A DNA stretch of 64,000 nucleotides, taken from Hormiphora californensis. Taxonomy: Eukaryota > Animalia > Ctenophora. Location of the stretch: contig CM035355.1 in the NCBI GenBank assembly GCA_020137815.1, positions 992,001 to 1,056,000 on the forward strand, given 5' to 3'. The position numbers and the translations under genes were made by a program. Each line of letters opens with the position of its first letter. Positions within the stretch are counted from its first letter, which is position 1. Shown one piece after another: positions 34,501-46,543 of the stretch. The notes under the pieces are model-generated. The model was not told where the DNA came from. It worked only from the letters and a program-made list of their open reading frames with translations, and made no database searches.

Positions 34501-37500
34501 GCTTTGCTGCATGAGGAAATTAAGGGTCGATTAGATCTAGAGTTCTCATATTCAATGAACGATTTATCCAGCATCTCCTTCTCCGACACTGATGATGATG
34601 ATTCCAGGGATTCTCTTTACCACCAACATCATTACGATGACATAGCAGGACTCCTTCACGATTATGACCCCGTCGCTATAGATTCTTGCCATGTGTACGA
34701 CACTGATCCAGATGAGATATCTTCCATGGCAGCAAAGCATCAGTGGTGTTCTGATGACCAGGAGAAGGGAGCATTCAGTCATAGATCACACTCAGCGACA
34801 GTGATGCAGGGGCTCATCAACGATTTAGACTACATTCTCGTCCGGAAATACAGAGAAAAACAGGTGAAATTTAGTTATTCTAAATTGGAACAGGAAACTC
34901 TATGTCCGCTCTGCAAAATACAACTCTATATTTCAAATAAACAAGCTCTCCGTTTCTCTTACTCCTAATAAGACGCTGAATCCCAGAAACATCTTCCCTT
35001 ACTAATGGTTTCCCGGTTCCCCTATTTTACATGATAATATTTCAGGCTGTTCAGAAGGATAAAGAAGGTCGTCAGTTCTCCCAAAGTACCCCTCATCTAC
35101 ACCATGCTTCATCAACACTACCCCGAGCCGCCAAGGCAAGTTCTCTTCCTAGTTACATCACATTCTTTTTACTTTCAGCTTCCCTTTCTTTGTTTAGATT
35201 CACTGTAAGATACATAAGAATGTGTGTATCACATCTTGACTATTTGATCTATATCATCAGGGGGAAATGTCTAAAAGTACACATCTGACTGGGGCATCCT
35301 CCTGTCACTGGGAGGAGGTCTGTGATGCTCTTGGTGCTTACGAGAATGAGGATGATTTGGTGACGATACGCTTTGAGAAACCTCCCAACATCACACTGGT
35401 ACATATTGCTGTGTTTGATTGTTGTCTAGTATAATATACTGCGTGATACATTGCAACAAGGTTGTCAGGCGTATGGTGTTTGTTTTTCTAGCGCTCAGTT
35501 ACAAACTTAGCTTGCCATTTGTAGCTATAATTGATTGTCCCCACTCATTACATATGTCCATCGCACGGCCTGCAAATTCTAGTTCTGTGTTCGGTCCTGA
35601 GCTCACTGACTACCTAAATGAGCTGGAAACTTTGCCAGACAGCCCTAAAATCTCTGTTGAAGAAGGAGACATGAGTTGGACCTGGACACTAGACAAGAGT
35701 TTAACCCCAATTCATACGACGGGGAAAGAACGGGTTGTGCTAGTTCCGAAGCCACAGGACCTGACTTTAGTTTCTGTACACAATAATATTGTTAGTGAGA
35801 TTTACTGTAACTATTATTTAGTGAGCATTTGTGCAGATTCTATTTTTGTAAGTTGGTCTATTTTTGTAAGTTGGTCCCTATGACAAATCTGTAAACAATT
35901 GTATATTTTAGGGAGCTACGATTATTGAAGATAAGCATACTGGTGATATACGAATACGGCGGATTTTAGAAGAGAGTCCACTGTCAGCCTGTAACAAAAT
36001 ACATGCAGGAGACATCATTCAGAGGTAATTGCAACATCAGATACAATTCGCCTCCTCCCTTTCACACTGCAAGTTGTTGAGTACTCAACAAACTGTCAAT
36101 AAATACATTGTAATTGTGGCAGGATCAATGACGTTAGTGTAACTGGAATGTCTCTAAACGATGTGTGTGAACTACTTGCCCGACAGACCCATGGCTGTAC
36201 CCTAACAGTATCTACATTCGGCTCCTATTCCGACGAACAAGAGCACAAGCAATCAAAGGTTTTCCCGCGGTTATGATTTATTAAGTCAGTGTGCTGACAA
36301 GTATTCTTGTTGATGTAAAGTCATTTTTCCAACTGTTCACCCCCCTTTGTGGGGGCAGGGGGATGAACACTGTTCAGTGAACAGTTTAAATAGGACTTTA
36401 ATTGATCTTTTAGAAGTTTAAAAGAGTTTTATCTTTCAGTCCCGATACTACCGAGCCTTCTTCAACTACGACCCACGTAAAGACTCCCAGAACCCGTGTC
36501 GTGATGCCAGTTTCGCTTTTTCACTGGGAGATATCCTGGAAGTAGTTAACACTGATGACGCCCTCTGGTGGCAAGCAAAGAAATACGGAACAAGCGCAGT
36601 GGGTTTAGTACCTAGCATTCAGCAGAGGTGAGAAATCATTTGTAGAAAGGGGTAATGGGTCATTGTTCAACACTGATGATTGATGTGATGTTTGGCCAAT
36701 AGACTTTTTTAGGCCAGGGTCTTGCACCAAAAGATAGATAGAGAGCAAAACATAACTAGTGACAGAGAGTGTTGTATCAATGCTCTCATTTCCCTCGTTT
36801 CTTCAGTTACATGATCACTCAACACGGTGTCCTCTATAACACACCGTGTCACACATTGTTACAACATTTCAGGTTACAGTATTTAGATAGTAAGCCGGCA
36901 AAGTCATCAGAGAGTCCTCTATACAAACGAGAGCAGCACAAGAAGAAAAAAGATTTTCTGTTCGCCTTTGGAGAAAAAGAATACAAAGAACCGCTGACAT
37001 ATTTAGAGGTACGTTTAGCACATGTACAAAAATTACTACTACCAACCCCCTGCAGAATTATACCCGACCATGGCTAAAGTTCAACTCTCGGCTTATCCTG
37101 GCTCGAAATCCTTGGTCGAGCCCATGAAACCATGAAACCAAGACTGATGATTATGGTCGTTCTTTGATAATTAAATGTGGCAGTTTAGGACTTCTTTCCA
37201 ATTGCTATGAAATTAATAGCTAATTTTCTGAACCCTCTGCAGGTAACTCATGTGCGTCCAAGCAAAACTAAACGAAGACCTATTGTTATTTCTGGGGCTA
37301 AAGGTTTTGGTGGGTCATGTCTGCGGAAACGTATCCTACTAGAATTTCCCAACAAATACTTTTTCCCAACTAAGCGTAAGTGTAACAAGTCATAAGACTT
37401 TGAATTCTGATCGGCATTTATTGGATTATTTGATTATTTGATTTACATAGTAATAGTAAAGTCGGATTTTTTGAAGTTGTCAACCCCCTTGTTGTGTGTG

Positions 37501-38579
37501 GATATTTACAAAAAAAACGTCTAACACGCACGAGTTTGGGTTGACAATTTGATTACCAGAAAATTATGTCTTCAGATACGACAAAGCCTGGCATGGAAAA
37601 CTCTTTCATTGTGTGCACGAAGAAAGAATTCCAGGATATGGTGAAGTCTGACAAGTTTATAGAATATTCGAAATGTAATGGATATTATTACGGTACCTCA
37701 TACCAAAGCGTGGTTGATTTGATAGTTAGTGGACGAGTCTGTCTGCTAGATGTTCACCCTCAATACCTACCTCATATTTGTACCGGCACCCTCCGACCCC
37801 ATGTTATATTTGTTGAGCCCGCTACAGAGGAACGTATTAAAGATCTCAAGCACAACAACCCAGAAGCTCTTCCACTCTCCCAGAGAAAGTTCCATGTATG
37901 TTATCCATTTCTAATTCGAAATTATAATAGCTAGAACTCTAGAATATTATATAGCTGATGCTAGTCAGAGCATCGGCCTGACAGTGAATGTAACCCAGCC
38001 ACATCCCCTCCCAGCCCCTCCCAGCCCCTCCCAGCCCCTCCCAGCCCCTCCCAGCCCCTCCCAGCCCCTCCCAACCCCTCCCAACCCCTCCCAGCCCCCC
38101 AGCCCCTCCCAACCCCTCCCAGCCCCTCCCAGCCCCTCCCAACCCCCCAGCCCCTCCCAGCCCCACCCAGACCCTCCCAACCCCCCCCCCCGACCATACT
38201 AATAATTATTCCACTTTACCAGGGAAGCGAAGTTAGGGAGCTGAGGTTCAATTCCGAGAGGCTGCTAAGAAGATACACCGAGTTTGTGGATACCATTATT
38301 ACTCTCGAAGGGTTAAGTTATGCTGCTGATCTTATTGATCAGGTAAATCATGCGCCATGCAGCTAGTGGGGGGGGGGGGGTTCTAAAGCTTGTTTAACTT
38401 TGACTAAGCGTCAAGGGACCTCGGGAGCAATCCAACAAGTTGCTGGATTGCTCCCGAGATCAATTTACGCTTAGCCTTACTCATATCCATGTCAATGATA
38501 TCACACAATTCTCCAGGTAACGGATAGAATAGTGTCGCAACCGACATGGATCCCTAAGAAATGGCTACAAACAACTTGA
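22543..38579 (+). CDS. MPP/p55-subfamily MAGUK (PALS1/Stardust-like): L27-like segment, PDZ, SH3, GK, with long N-terminal extension; 5' end uncertain
   Basis: Confident core: PDZ (IRFEKPPNITL|GATI..IHAGDII..INDVSV, 35261-36258), SH3 (YRAFFNYDP..CRDASFAFSLGDILEVVNTDDALWWQA), GK (RRPIVISG..FIEY..YYGTS..LRPHVIFV..QPTWIP), stop 38577-38579. Less certain upstream exons: 22543-22752, 24686-24854, 25049-25141, 25196-~25409, 29708-29853, 30251-30371, 31538-31659 (DFRFLRTILESDQLSELHK, L27-like), 35046-35135 (GC donor). Confidence 0.82.
22835..24615. repeat. 34-bp minisatellite (TCTCTAAGAAACCTTCCCACTTTGACCCATCTTA), ~50 copies, intronic
   Basis: Period of 34 measured between units at 23041 and 23075; no unique spacers. 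Confidence 0.97.
25510..29548. mobile_element. Palindromic MITE (AGGAACCATAATAAAGTTCAAGAG...CTCTTGAACTTTATTATGGTTCCT, TA flanks) interrupted in its left end by the foldback element
   Basis: 25510-25521 plus 29213-29548 rebuild a ~350-bp element whose ends are reverse complements; internal CAAGAG-rich repeats are inverted. Confidence 0.85.
25522..29207. mobile_element. 3.7-kb foldback-type element: CAGGG...CCCTG termini, long inverted arms, inverted 32-bp satellite core, 5-bp TSD ATAAT
   Basis: Mirror ORFs 25824-26204(+) and 28546-28926(-) are identical; 32-bp unit CTCCCATTTACTCCATCTCTCAGCTTCCCTAC runs forward to ~27780 and inverted from ~27803; ATAAT at 25517-25521 and 29208-29212. Confidence 0.9.
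29924..30084. mobile_element. MITE with (TAGT)AAAGTCGGATTTTTTGAAGTTGTCACCCC inverted termini; partial copy at ~37455-37550
   Basis: ~33-bp inverted termini visible; the second copy begins TAGTAAAGTCGG. Confidence 0.75.
31190..31453. mobile_element. MITE-like inverted repeat with ~70-bp arms
   Basis: ATGACGGCCTCCCTTGAACCTCCTGG...GGGTGATCAT is inverted with ATGATCACCC...CCAGGAGGTTCAAGAGAGGCCGTCAT. Confidence 0.75.
31672..34863 (+). CDS. Giant (~3.2 kb) low-complexity alternative exon of the MAGUK, containing a 27-aa tandem repeat
   Basis: 1098-aa ORF; CAG|GTGAAA donor at 34863 is in phase with the exon at 35046; nine SDEMG(G/D)GYDSMPDEP units at ~33472-34260. Confidence 0.75.
38005..38190. 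repeat. 10-bp C-rich minisatellite (CCCAGCCCCT)n in a MAGUK intron
   Basis: Directly visible; the minus strand is (AGGGGCTGGG)n. Confidence 0.93.
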
Positions 38580-39493
38580 TGCTACAGATTAAGAGAGATG
38601 ACATATTCATGGAATTGGTACACTAAATAATACGCCAGAATAAAATCAGAACATTGTTTTGTATTTGAATATCGTGTTATGTATATAATGTTGAGAAAAG
38701 AAGACTGAGAGTGTGAGTGTGTGAAAGTATGTCTTATAATGAAAATACAAAACTTTAAACTACGAATTCTGTATGTAATAAAGTTCTGAATATTCTATTT
38801 AGTTTTCCGAAATTTAATCCCTTTTATTTATTTACCCTGATTAACCGGAACCATAGCCACCGATCTGATCAGTGATCATCTCGTTACGGTTAAGACACAC
38901 ATCTATCGATCTTGCCTTGTTTGACCCTCTTTCACCTTAAAATTGTAAAGGAGGCCGAGGGTTGGAGCATCATCGGTTCCCAACTCCAATACTTGATCAT
39001 CGGTGAAATTTTTGACTCCGGTCCCTCCAAATTTATCATTTCCATTTTCCGACCCAAGTGGTGAAATTTGGAAAGTTAATGCGCGTTACTTATTTGCGCG
39101 TCATTATTGCGCGCGTCATCTTCATAAAAATTTTTTTATTTCGACTTGTTTTTTTTTCGAGAAACGTTAAAATCTCAAATCTGGGTGTTTTGAGTGTCCG
39201 AACTCACGTTTCTTGGGTTAGGGCTAAATTAGGTTAATCAGTAATGGTTAGGGTTAGGACTTGAGATTTCTTATCAGATAAAATTTTAATCATCCAAAAC
39301 GGTTGAGTGGTTAGAGCCATTTTTGATTTTAGTGCAGGGTACTTTTTTGACAGCGTCCACCGACCACCTGTAAATAAGCTTTTTAACACCCATATCATAA
39401 GATCCTAACTTCTACCTCCCTTTTGTTAGCTATGCTGTAAATCCCTAATTGGATGTCTTCATCCCTGTTCGATGAATGGTTAGATAACAGTTC

Positions 39494-41533
39494 ATGTCAG
39501 TTGATGAAAGAAACAGCAATACTAAAGGACCGCCCGCGAGATGTAAGAAGAAGGCGGGTTCCATTTCTGTCAACATAAACTACACGCGGTACGATGTTGT
39601 TAGAAAAGTTGCTGAGGACCTAGAATATGCGATTTGTGCAGAGGATAGTGAGTCGTTCATTACTTGGTCGGACAGCACAATTACCAGCGACCGATGTGCA
39701 GAGTTGAAACCCTTTCAGCGCATAAACCACTTTCCTGGGATGGGCGAAATTGCTAGGAAAGACAGTCTGGCACGAAATTTGGGAAAGATGCAACGGTGCT
39801 TCTCAGAAGACTACGATTTCTTTCCTCGAACTTGGAGTCTCCCAGCTGACTATTCTTCGCTCATGAACCATTATCATGACCTCAAAAAGAGGGGAAAACG
39901 GAAAACATTTATCTGCAAACCGGCTAACGGTGCCATGGGGAATGGTATTCATCTTTTACAAAATCTTGAAAAGTTTACGATGCACGATACGTTGGTTGTT
40001 CAGGATTATCTCGATCGACCACTTGTTGTCGATGGACTAAAGTTTGATCTCCGAATTTATGTTCTCGTCCTCTCATGTGACCCTCTCAAGGTGTTCCTTT
40101 ATGATGACGGTCTGATGCGATTTAGTACGTCCAAGTACGCCCCACCAACTGACAAAAACCTGGACAATGTGTACATGCACCTCACAAATTACAGCATTAA
40201 CAAGTCCAACAAGGATTATGATGGGTGTGATGATGAAACAAAGGGCAGCAAACGAAGTATTCGATATCTGAAAACTTGGATGGAAGCCAACAATTACAGT
40301 TTTACCACCCTGTGGAGCAGTATTGAGGATATTGTGATCAAAACACTGCTTGTGGCAGAACCCTACTTAATGCACGCCTATCGCATGGCCCGACCGGGAA
40401 CAACGTCCGCGGCTAGCAGTAGCGTGTGTTTTGAAGTTCTTGGTATGGATATCTTCGTAGATAGGAAACTAAGACCCTGGTTGTTGGAAGTAAATCGGAG
40501 TCCCAGCTTTGGAACTGACTCAAAGGTTGATAATGATATCAAGTTTGATGTGATTCGTACTTCATTTCAGCTGTTAAATTTGAAACCAAGTGAAAAACGA
40601 AAGGCACTGGCCGCCCAGAAACAGCTTAGCCAGGCTCGTCTTCTGAAACCTCGTGTACGGAACGAACGGAAGTCACAGTTTAATGTTCGTAAAACCTTCC
40701 TTCGCTCCCAGCTATCTGAAGTCCGTCGTGTTTCCGATCAGGCATCTTATGAGGAGAAACATTGTGGGAACTTTAAGAAGATATTCCCGACTACAGGTGC
40801 CAGACAAACTGAGTATGTGAGTTTGCTGAACAGTGCCTTTAGGACTTTCATGGCAGGGAGGGGAATTGTTTTGGAACAGAAAGCTCACTCTGGGATGATG
40901 CAACATCTGAGGGAGAGTGAGTTGTTGGATATGTTACAACAATGTGAACAGGAAGAGACGGCGGCTATCCAGGCCAAAATGACACCGGCCCCACCACCAC
41001 CACCAGTCTCCAAGACGAATCACAAGGTTCAACCGCTAAGCAAGCTCCGGCCCTGGTCCTCACCTCCACCATCACCCTTCATGTTCTCTCGATACTCATC
41101 CCCATCCTTCAACAGTGAGGATAACGCTGCTTTTATCTCTCGCAACGAGAGGATTCGTCGAATTCGGATGAGCGAGGACCGATCCTTAGCCATCCAGAAA
41201 TCCAATTCCATCCTTCTCAAACAGATTAACACTCTGTTCAAACAAAATCAGGAACTGGACGATCAGACATTTAGAAGGGACCTGAAAAATGCGACACGCA
41301 AAGGTCCGTCAAAAGCGGTACCATTTAGATCAACAAATAAATTCATGTTCAATTCAATTATTAAATATAAGAGTAAGCCACTTCTGTCTTGTAGCATTAA
41401 CAATTTAAGTGAGAGCAGCTTCAAGCTATCTAATCACAAGATGCGCCCTGTTGGGGGGAGGAATTGTAATAACTGTACCGGGAGGTTCTGTCCCTGTGCC
41501 GATTCCCATTTTCATCTCAAAAGTTCCCGCTAA
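39494..41533 (+). CDS. TTLL7: Tubulin polyglutamylase TTLL7-like, intronless, 679 aa
   Basis: QRINHFPGMGEI.RKD.LARN, TFICKPANGAMG.GI, KFDLRIY, MHLTNYS.NK, KGSKRSI, AEP..MHAYRM.RPG, CFEVLG.DI, WLLEVNRSPSFGTD match the TTLL6/7/13 TTL domain; KPANGAMG and AEP..HAYRM.RPG are recalled TTLL7 features. Confidence 0.9.
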   Translation: MSVDERNSNTKGPPARCKKKAGSISVNINYTRYDVVRKVAEDLEYAICAEDSESFITWSDSTITSDRCAELKPFQRINHFPGMGEIARKDSLARNLGKMQRCFSEDYDFFPRTWSLPADYSSLMNHYHDLKKRGKRKTFICKPANGAMGNGIHLLQNLEKFTMHDTLVVQDYLDRPLVVDGLKFDLRIYVLVLSCDPLKVFLYDDGLMRFSTSKYAPPTDKNLDNVYMHLTNYSINKSNKDYDGCDDETKGSKRSIRYLKTWMEANNYSFTTLWSSIEDIVIKTLLVAEPYLMHAYRMARPGTTSAASSSVCFEVLGMDIFVDRKLRPWLLEVNRSPSFGTDSKVDNDIKFDVIRTSFQLLNLKPSEKRKALAAQKQLSQARLLKPRVRNERKSQFNVRKTFLRSQLSEVRRVSDQASYEEKHCGNFKKIFPTTGARQTEYVSLLNSAFRTFMAGRGIVLEQKAHSGMMQHLRESELLDMLQQCEQEETAAIQAKMTPAPPPPPVSKTNHKVQPLSKLRPWSSPPPSPFMFSRYSSPSFNSEDNAAFISRNERIRRIRMSEDRSLAIQKSNSILLKQINTLFKQNQELDDQTFRRDLKNATRKGPSKAVPFRSTNKFMFNSIIKYKSKPLLSCSINNLSESSFKLSNHKMRPVGGRNCNNCTGRFCPCADSHFHLKSSR

Positions 41534-41811
41534 ATCGAGTTTGTGATGTGTGTCGGGGGTGAGTGTGTGAGTGTGTGTGAGTGTATGTCTACTGCATTCT
41601 TCGTTCTTTTTGGTCTGCGAAATGTGTTTAGTGTGTATGATTTATTATGAGTATACGGAAGTTTTTAATCTTTGAGCGCTATCAGCAATTTAATGCGTTT
41701 CAATTTACCTTTCAAAAATAATTGTATCCCTCAATTTCCTCTCCCGCCTAATTTCCCTCAATCTTTCTCTCCCATCTAATTTCCCTTCTCTGTGTTTGCA
41801 TCTAGACCATC

Positions 41812-44800
41812 ATGGATCAGACAAAGAGGCCCCTAAAGGTTCCCCCTGAGTTCACCATGTATGCTGAGAAGAATGATCTCTTCGCACTGTACGAGGTAAT
41901 GATAGCTGCAACGTGTCTATGACTGGTGACCCATTGGGCCATTAGTAAATTAAGAAAATGTGTTTATCACACTCAACTACTATAATAGAGGACAGAGGTA
42001 GTTCTACATCTGTAGGACTGTGGGAGTAGTTCTCCTTCGAATTGGTTGGTTGGTTGGTTGGTGATACTAAGCCGACGTTCTACCAAGCTCTTTGAGCGGT
42101 GTAACGCGGTGACTCCCAAACTGATTCTCCCTCGATTGTGATCCGATCCAAACATTGTACCACCATCCAAGTTAGAAATGTTGGGGCGATGTTGTAATCC
42201 GTTATCGTTTCAGAGGTTAATACAGGATGTCATTGTATCCCAGCCGATAGATCCTCTAGAACACATGATTAACTTCCTGCACAAGGGAAATGATGATGGT
42301 AAGAAACGCACATAGCTACTGGCCTTCTCTTGGATGCTGTCCAAGACTACCCAATTATCGATCATTATTATTAATTATTATAGCTGTTTAAGACTCGTAG
42401 TAAAATGTAAATGAGCTATTATCACTCATCTTTTCAGTTCCCCAAACGTTCATCCTCGGACCACCTGCAACTGGAAAAGCTAGCATTGTAAGTTTGGAAC
42501 AGAAACTCTCGTTTTATTAGCAACGGTTGATTTTTTTGGCTTTGCTTACTCTTGTGGTTTCTTCTAAAAAATTTTGTTTAAAAGTTGTTTAAAACATACC
42601 ATTTATCTAATTGAAGCACTTCCTGCCGACTGACAGGCAGTCAGCTTCCCATTTGATTAACCCCTTCAACCTGGTCAGGGCCGAATGATAGCAAAGGAGA
42701 GTGGGGTGAAAATAATCGATGAACCTGAGCTACTTGCAGTTGACATCGAAGCTGTTAAAGTGGTAGGTACACACACGCAGACACAGGCCAATCCTTCTCA
42801 TGCACATGCACATGCACATGTGACAATATGTGACATGAATGGTGTAGTATAAAAATGCTTGATAGTCTAGTGGAGGAGAGAAAGAGGGATAAGGAGAGAA
42901 AAAGAGAGGGAGATAGAGATTGGAATAGAGAGAGAGAGAGAGTGAGAGAACAAAAGATGAACTACTTAGTGATGAAACTCAAAAAGCTGGGAATGAAAAG
43001 GTCAGAATAATCTTTTAGTGCGATGTCTGCTTGATATACTGAGCTCGTTTATGAATGAAGTATACAAAGATAAAAGAACGAGGGAGAGAGAGAGAACGAG
43101 ATGAAAAGAAGTCGCCTAATATTTTATCTTGATAAAAGGAACATTTTCTGGAAGCGGCGATCTCTCATTATATATCCCCAATCAAGTAAAGGAGGCTAGT
43201 AAAATCCCTCTTTCCCAGGCACGAGAATCTGTGGACGCTGATTTGGATATTCCTGGTGATACATTGGGAGCTTTAGTTAAGGAACGCATCTCCAAACGGG
43301 ACTGCAGTGATAATGTGAGTAATCTTGTAAATAACTGGATGCTACACCGATGTCAGCTCCTCACAGAGCCTCCCCCTCTCGAATACGAGTACAGCGTAGT
43401 GTCTAGTCCAGAATTGAGTTGTTTTTTTCTTCTGGTGTATATCCAGGTGCTGGGGCAGTATCCCATGATAAGTGCAATCAAAGTTTAGTTGTTGAGTTGG
43501 TACTTCCCCTCTGTTACCGAGACGTTGTGGTTAAAGCTGATACCAATGACCAATGACCAATTTTGTTCGGTGCTTTCCCATTGGCCATTTTACAGGCCAT
43601 AATTATGGAGTACCTTTCTCGCCTTCCTTGAAGCGACAGGATTGAGGATTCCTAGTTTCTTTAGTCGGTTCCAGTAGTTGAGTTAACCCATGTTTTGGAT
43701 TCGTTTCTGAACTATCTCAACTTGGCGTGTAATATGAATCCAGTTACAAAGGGAAGTCCTTTTAAGAGAAAGATTTGATTTGGTTGGTTTGCTCATTTAG
43801 GACTGTAAACAGTCACACAGGCCACAGCCAAGTCTCTGAATCTGTATGTTGATTATGGTAGTTTGGACAGATCTCATTACAATGCAATGTAGATCGTCAT
43901 GTAATGGTCGGTAGTAGAACTTTCACAGATCTTCATGTCAGAGTCTTCTTAAATGCGTGCCCGCGCGTACGCCAAACACGTCCGAAGTGTAGAACTACAC
44001 AATTTCAGCAATTCGTTTTAAGTCGCGCGCTCGTCCGTAACCATAGGGACACACAGTGTGTGTGTGTGTGCGGGATGTGTGTGAAGATGATAGAGTCTCT
44101 TCAAACCATTAACATGCTCCTTCACTAACAATCTTTGCAGGGGTGGATGCTTATCGGATTTCCCAAGACACGCGACCAAGCACTTGCTCTTCAGCGACAT
44201 GGAATATTTGCTAAGCACATCTGTAAGTAAAACGTGCATTTAAAAAAGGATTGTTTAACCATGACACTCCCTCTCTTCCACAGTGTTCTTTGATGCCCCT
44301 GATATGGTACTAGTAGAGAGATTCATGGGGAAGAGGGTTGACCCTGATACCGGTGGTGAGTAGAGTTTTAGTAATAGAATGCAACCTATACCCTGGGTTC
44401 CTCAATGTCTTTCAAAATCTTCCACGTGTTCTATAAATCTTCACAGTCACTCTACCACCTAAATCCCTGTAGAGATCTACCATTTGACGTTTGAGCCGCC
44501 AGAGAGCCCTGAGGTCACCAGACGGTTGAAGCCCATTAATAACCAAAGTGAGAAGATTGTCAGGAAGAGGCTCATACATTACCACAGGTGAACAAGCCAT
44601 CTGATTGAGACACTGAAATATCCTTTCTAATGATACCTCCGGGTCCTGATAAGATTGATACTTATTGAAATTATCTTTCCAATGTACCCGGATGAAGTCT
44701 TATGAACAGTTAAAAAGGGGCTAATAATATTGTTTTCTAGGAATCTTGAAGGAATTAAGAATTCATACGAATCTGGGCGAGTGAAATTCCTAAACTCTGA

Positions 44801-46543
44801 CCAGCCAAAAGGGGATGTTTATGCCCAGGCATACCACTACCTTTGTCAACAGAGTCGTAGTGCGGCACCTCAAACACCCAGATTGGCACTACTTGGACCA
44901 CGGGGCAGTGGCAAGGGTACACAGGCGGCCCTTCTTTCTGCTAAATATGGTGTTGTCAATGGTACGTTACAATTACAATAGGACCTGGTACCAATCAATC
45001 TGAGAACAGACTTGAGATTTTATTAAACATGTGTCAGGTCATTAAAAAGTTGTGTTTTTTAGTTTCACTTGTGGACTTGATAAAGCAGGCGGTGGCAGAC
45101 AATTCCAAGATTGGCAATATGATGAGCACTTACATCGAAAAGAAAATGATGGGTAAGTTACATTTTTGTTTTATTGGTTAGAGGTAAGTGAGAGAATTGA
45201 GAGAAGGAAAATAACATAAAGATCCCAGGGCAATCAAAGCTTGATAATAAATATGACATCTCCGGTAGTAAGTTTTAAAGCGGGTCCTGATACCATTAAA
45301 GCATTTCTTTACCTCATTAAGATTATTTGAATCCCCCTTCACATGCTGGGATTATAAACATAACAGAGTAGCATACATTTACGATAAAGCTCTCCTTTTG
45401 GTCTTGACTATTCCTTCATTCATAAAATACTCACTACTCTTTTTGCATTCGTTATTTCTTGCTACAAGTCACCAATATAGCATCATGCATCTGTTGGGCT
45501 GAAAAACTGTTACGCCGTCATAATTCTAACCATTTCGTATCGTCCTAATGAACCAGCAAGTCACACTACTCAAAATGCTGTGTATACTAACAAACTCTCT
45601 GCTATTTCATTTTAGAAATCTCTCCTAAAAACACTAATTTTCAGTTCCCGATAACATTGTCCTAAAGTGTCTGACGGACCGGCTCTCCAAGTTGGATTGT
45701 GCCACAAAAGGATGGGTCCTCCGCGGTTACCCCAAAAGTAGGAACCAGGCTGAGGCTCTCGCTGAAGCTGGATATGCTCCTAACCGGTAACAACAATATT
45801 TGGGAGCATTGTTTAGGGGTTGGTTTGGTCTCACTTCTCATAGTTCTATTCCTTATTATTCCTCTACATATTGCTATTTCCTATCTGACATGTTCTCTCC
45901 CGCAGTGTTTACTTCCTCGATTGCCCCTCTGACACAATCGTGGAAAGATTGTCCCTGAGGCGATCAGATCCTGTAACGGGAGATCAGTTCCATCTTATCT
46001 ATAACCCTCCTCCGACACTAGAAATGAAGCGACGACTCAGAACGGTATGTTGGCCAATCACCCCCCGTCACACCCCACCCATAGTTTGTCTCGTATTAGA
46101 GTTAATAGTAACCTGTCTAGTCAGCAACCTTCCTCTCTGCTGCTTATAATTAGAGAGTAGCAATATAATAGTGACTAGCCGAGTAACGGAATTTAAATCA
46201 AGACAAATTCGTTATGCAAACGGTGATCGCAGATTGCTTACAAAGAAACCAACACTATAAACTTTTCATACCAAATTACTGTAGCATTACGCCCGGTAAG
46301 GAAAGGGCAGTATTAATTAGTGAGACAACACTAAACCGTTTTTCCTTCAGAATCCAAGGGACAGTGAGTCTACCTATCGATGAAGACATTGTCGCGTTTG
46401 ATACAAGTCTAGAAGACCTGGTAGAGTTTTACAGCACCAGCCAATCTGTTAACGGAGACCAGGATCCTCACACCGTTTTCGAAACTCTGGAGAGTCTTCT
46501 GGTGAAGCCGCTACCGAAACAAACTCTTAAATCTGCGATTTGA
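41812..46543 (+). CDS. AK8: Adenylate kinase 8 (two AK domains, ciliary), ~13 exons
   Basis: [51 protein letters not shown], second P-loop [41 protein letters not shown]...KPLPK; one +1 frameshift at ~46374. Confidence 0.9.

Noticed and set aside
33239-34534. 431-aa overlapping ORF in an alternate frame of the giant exon
   Set aside because: Explained by a stop-free 81-nt repeat unit; no independent domain or splice signals.
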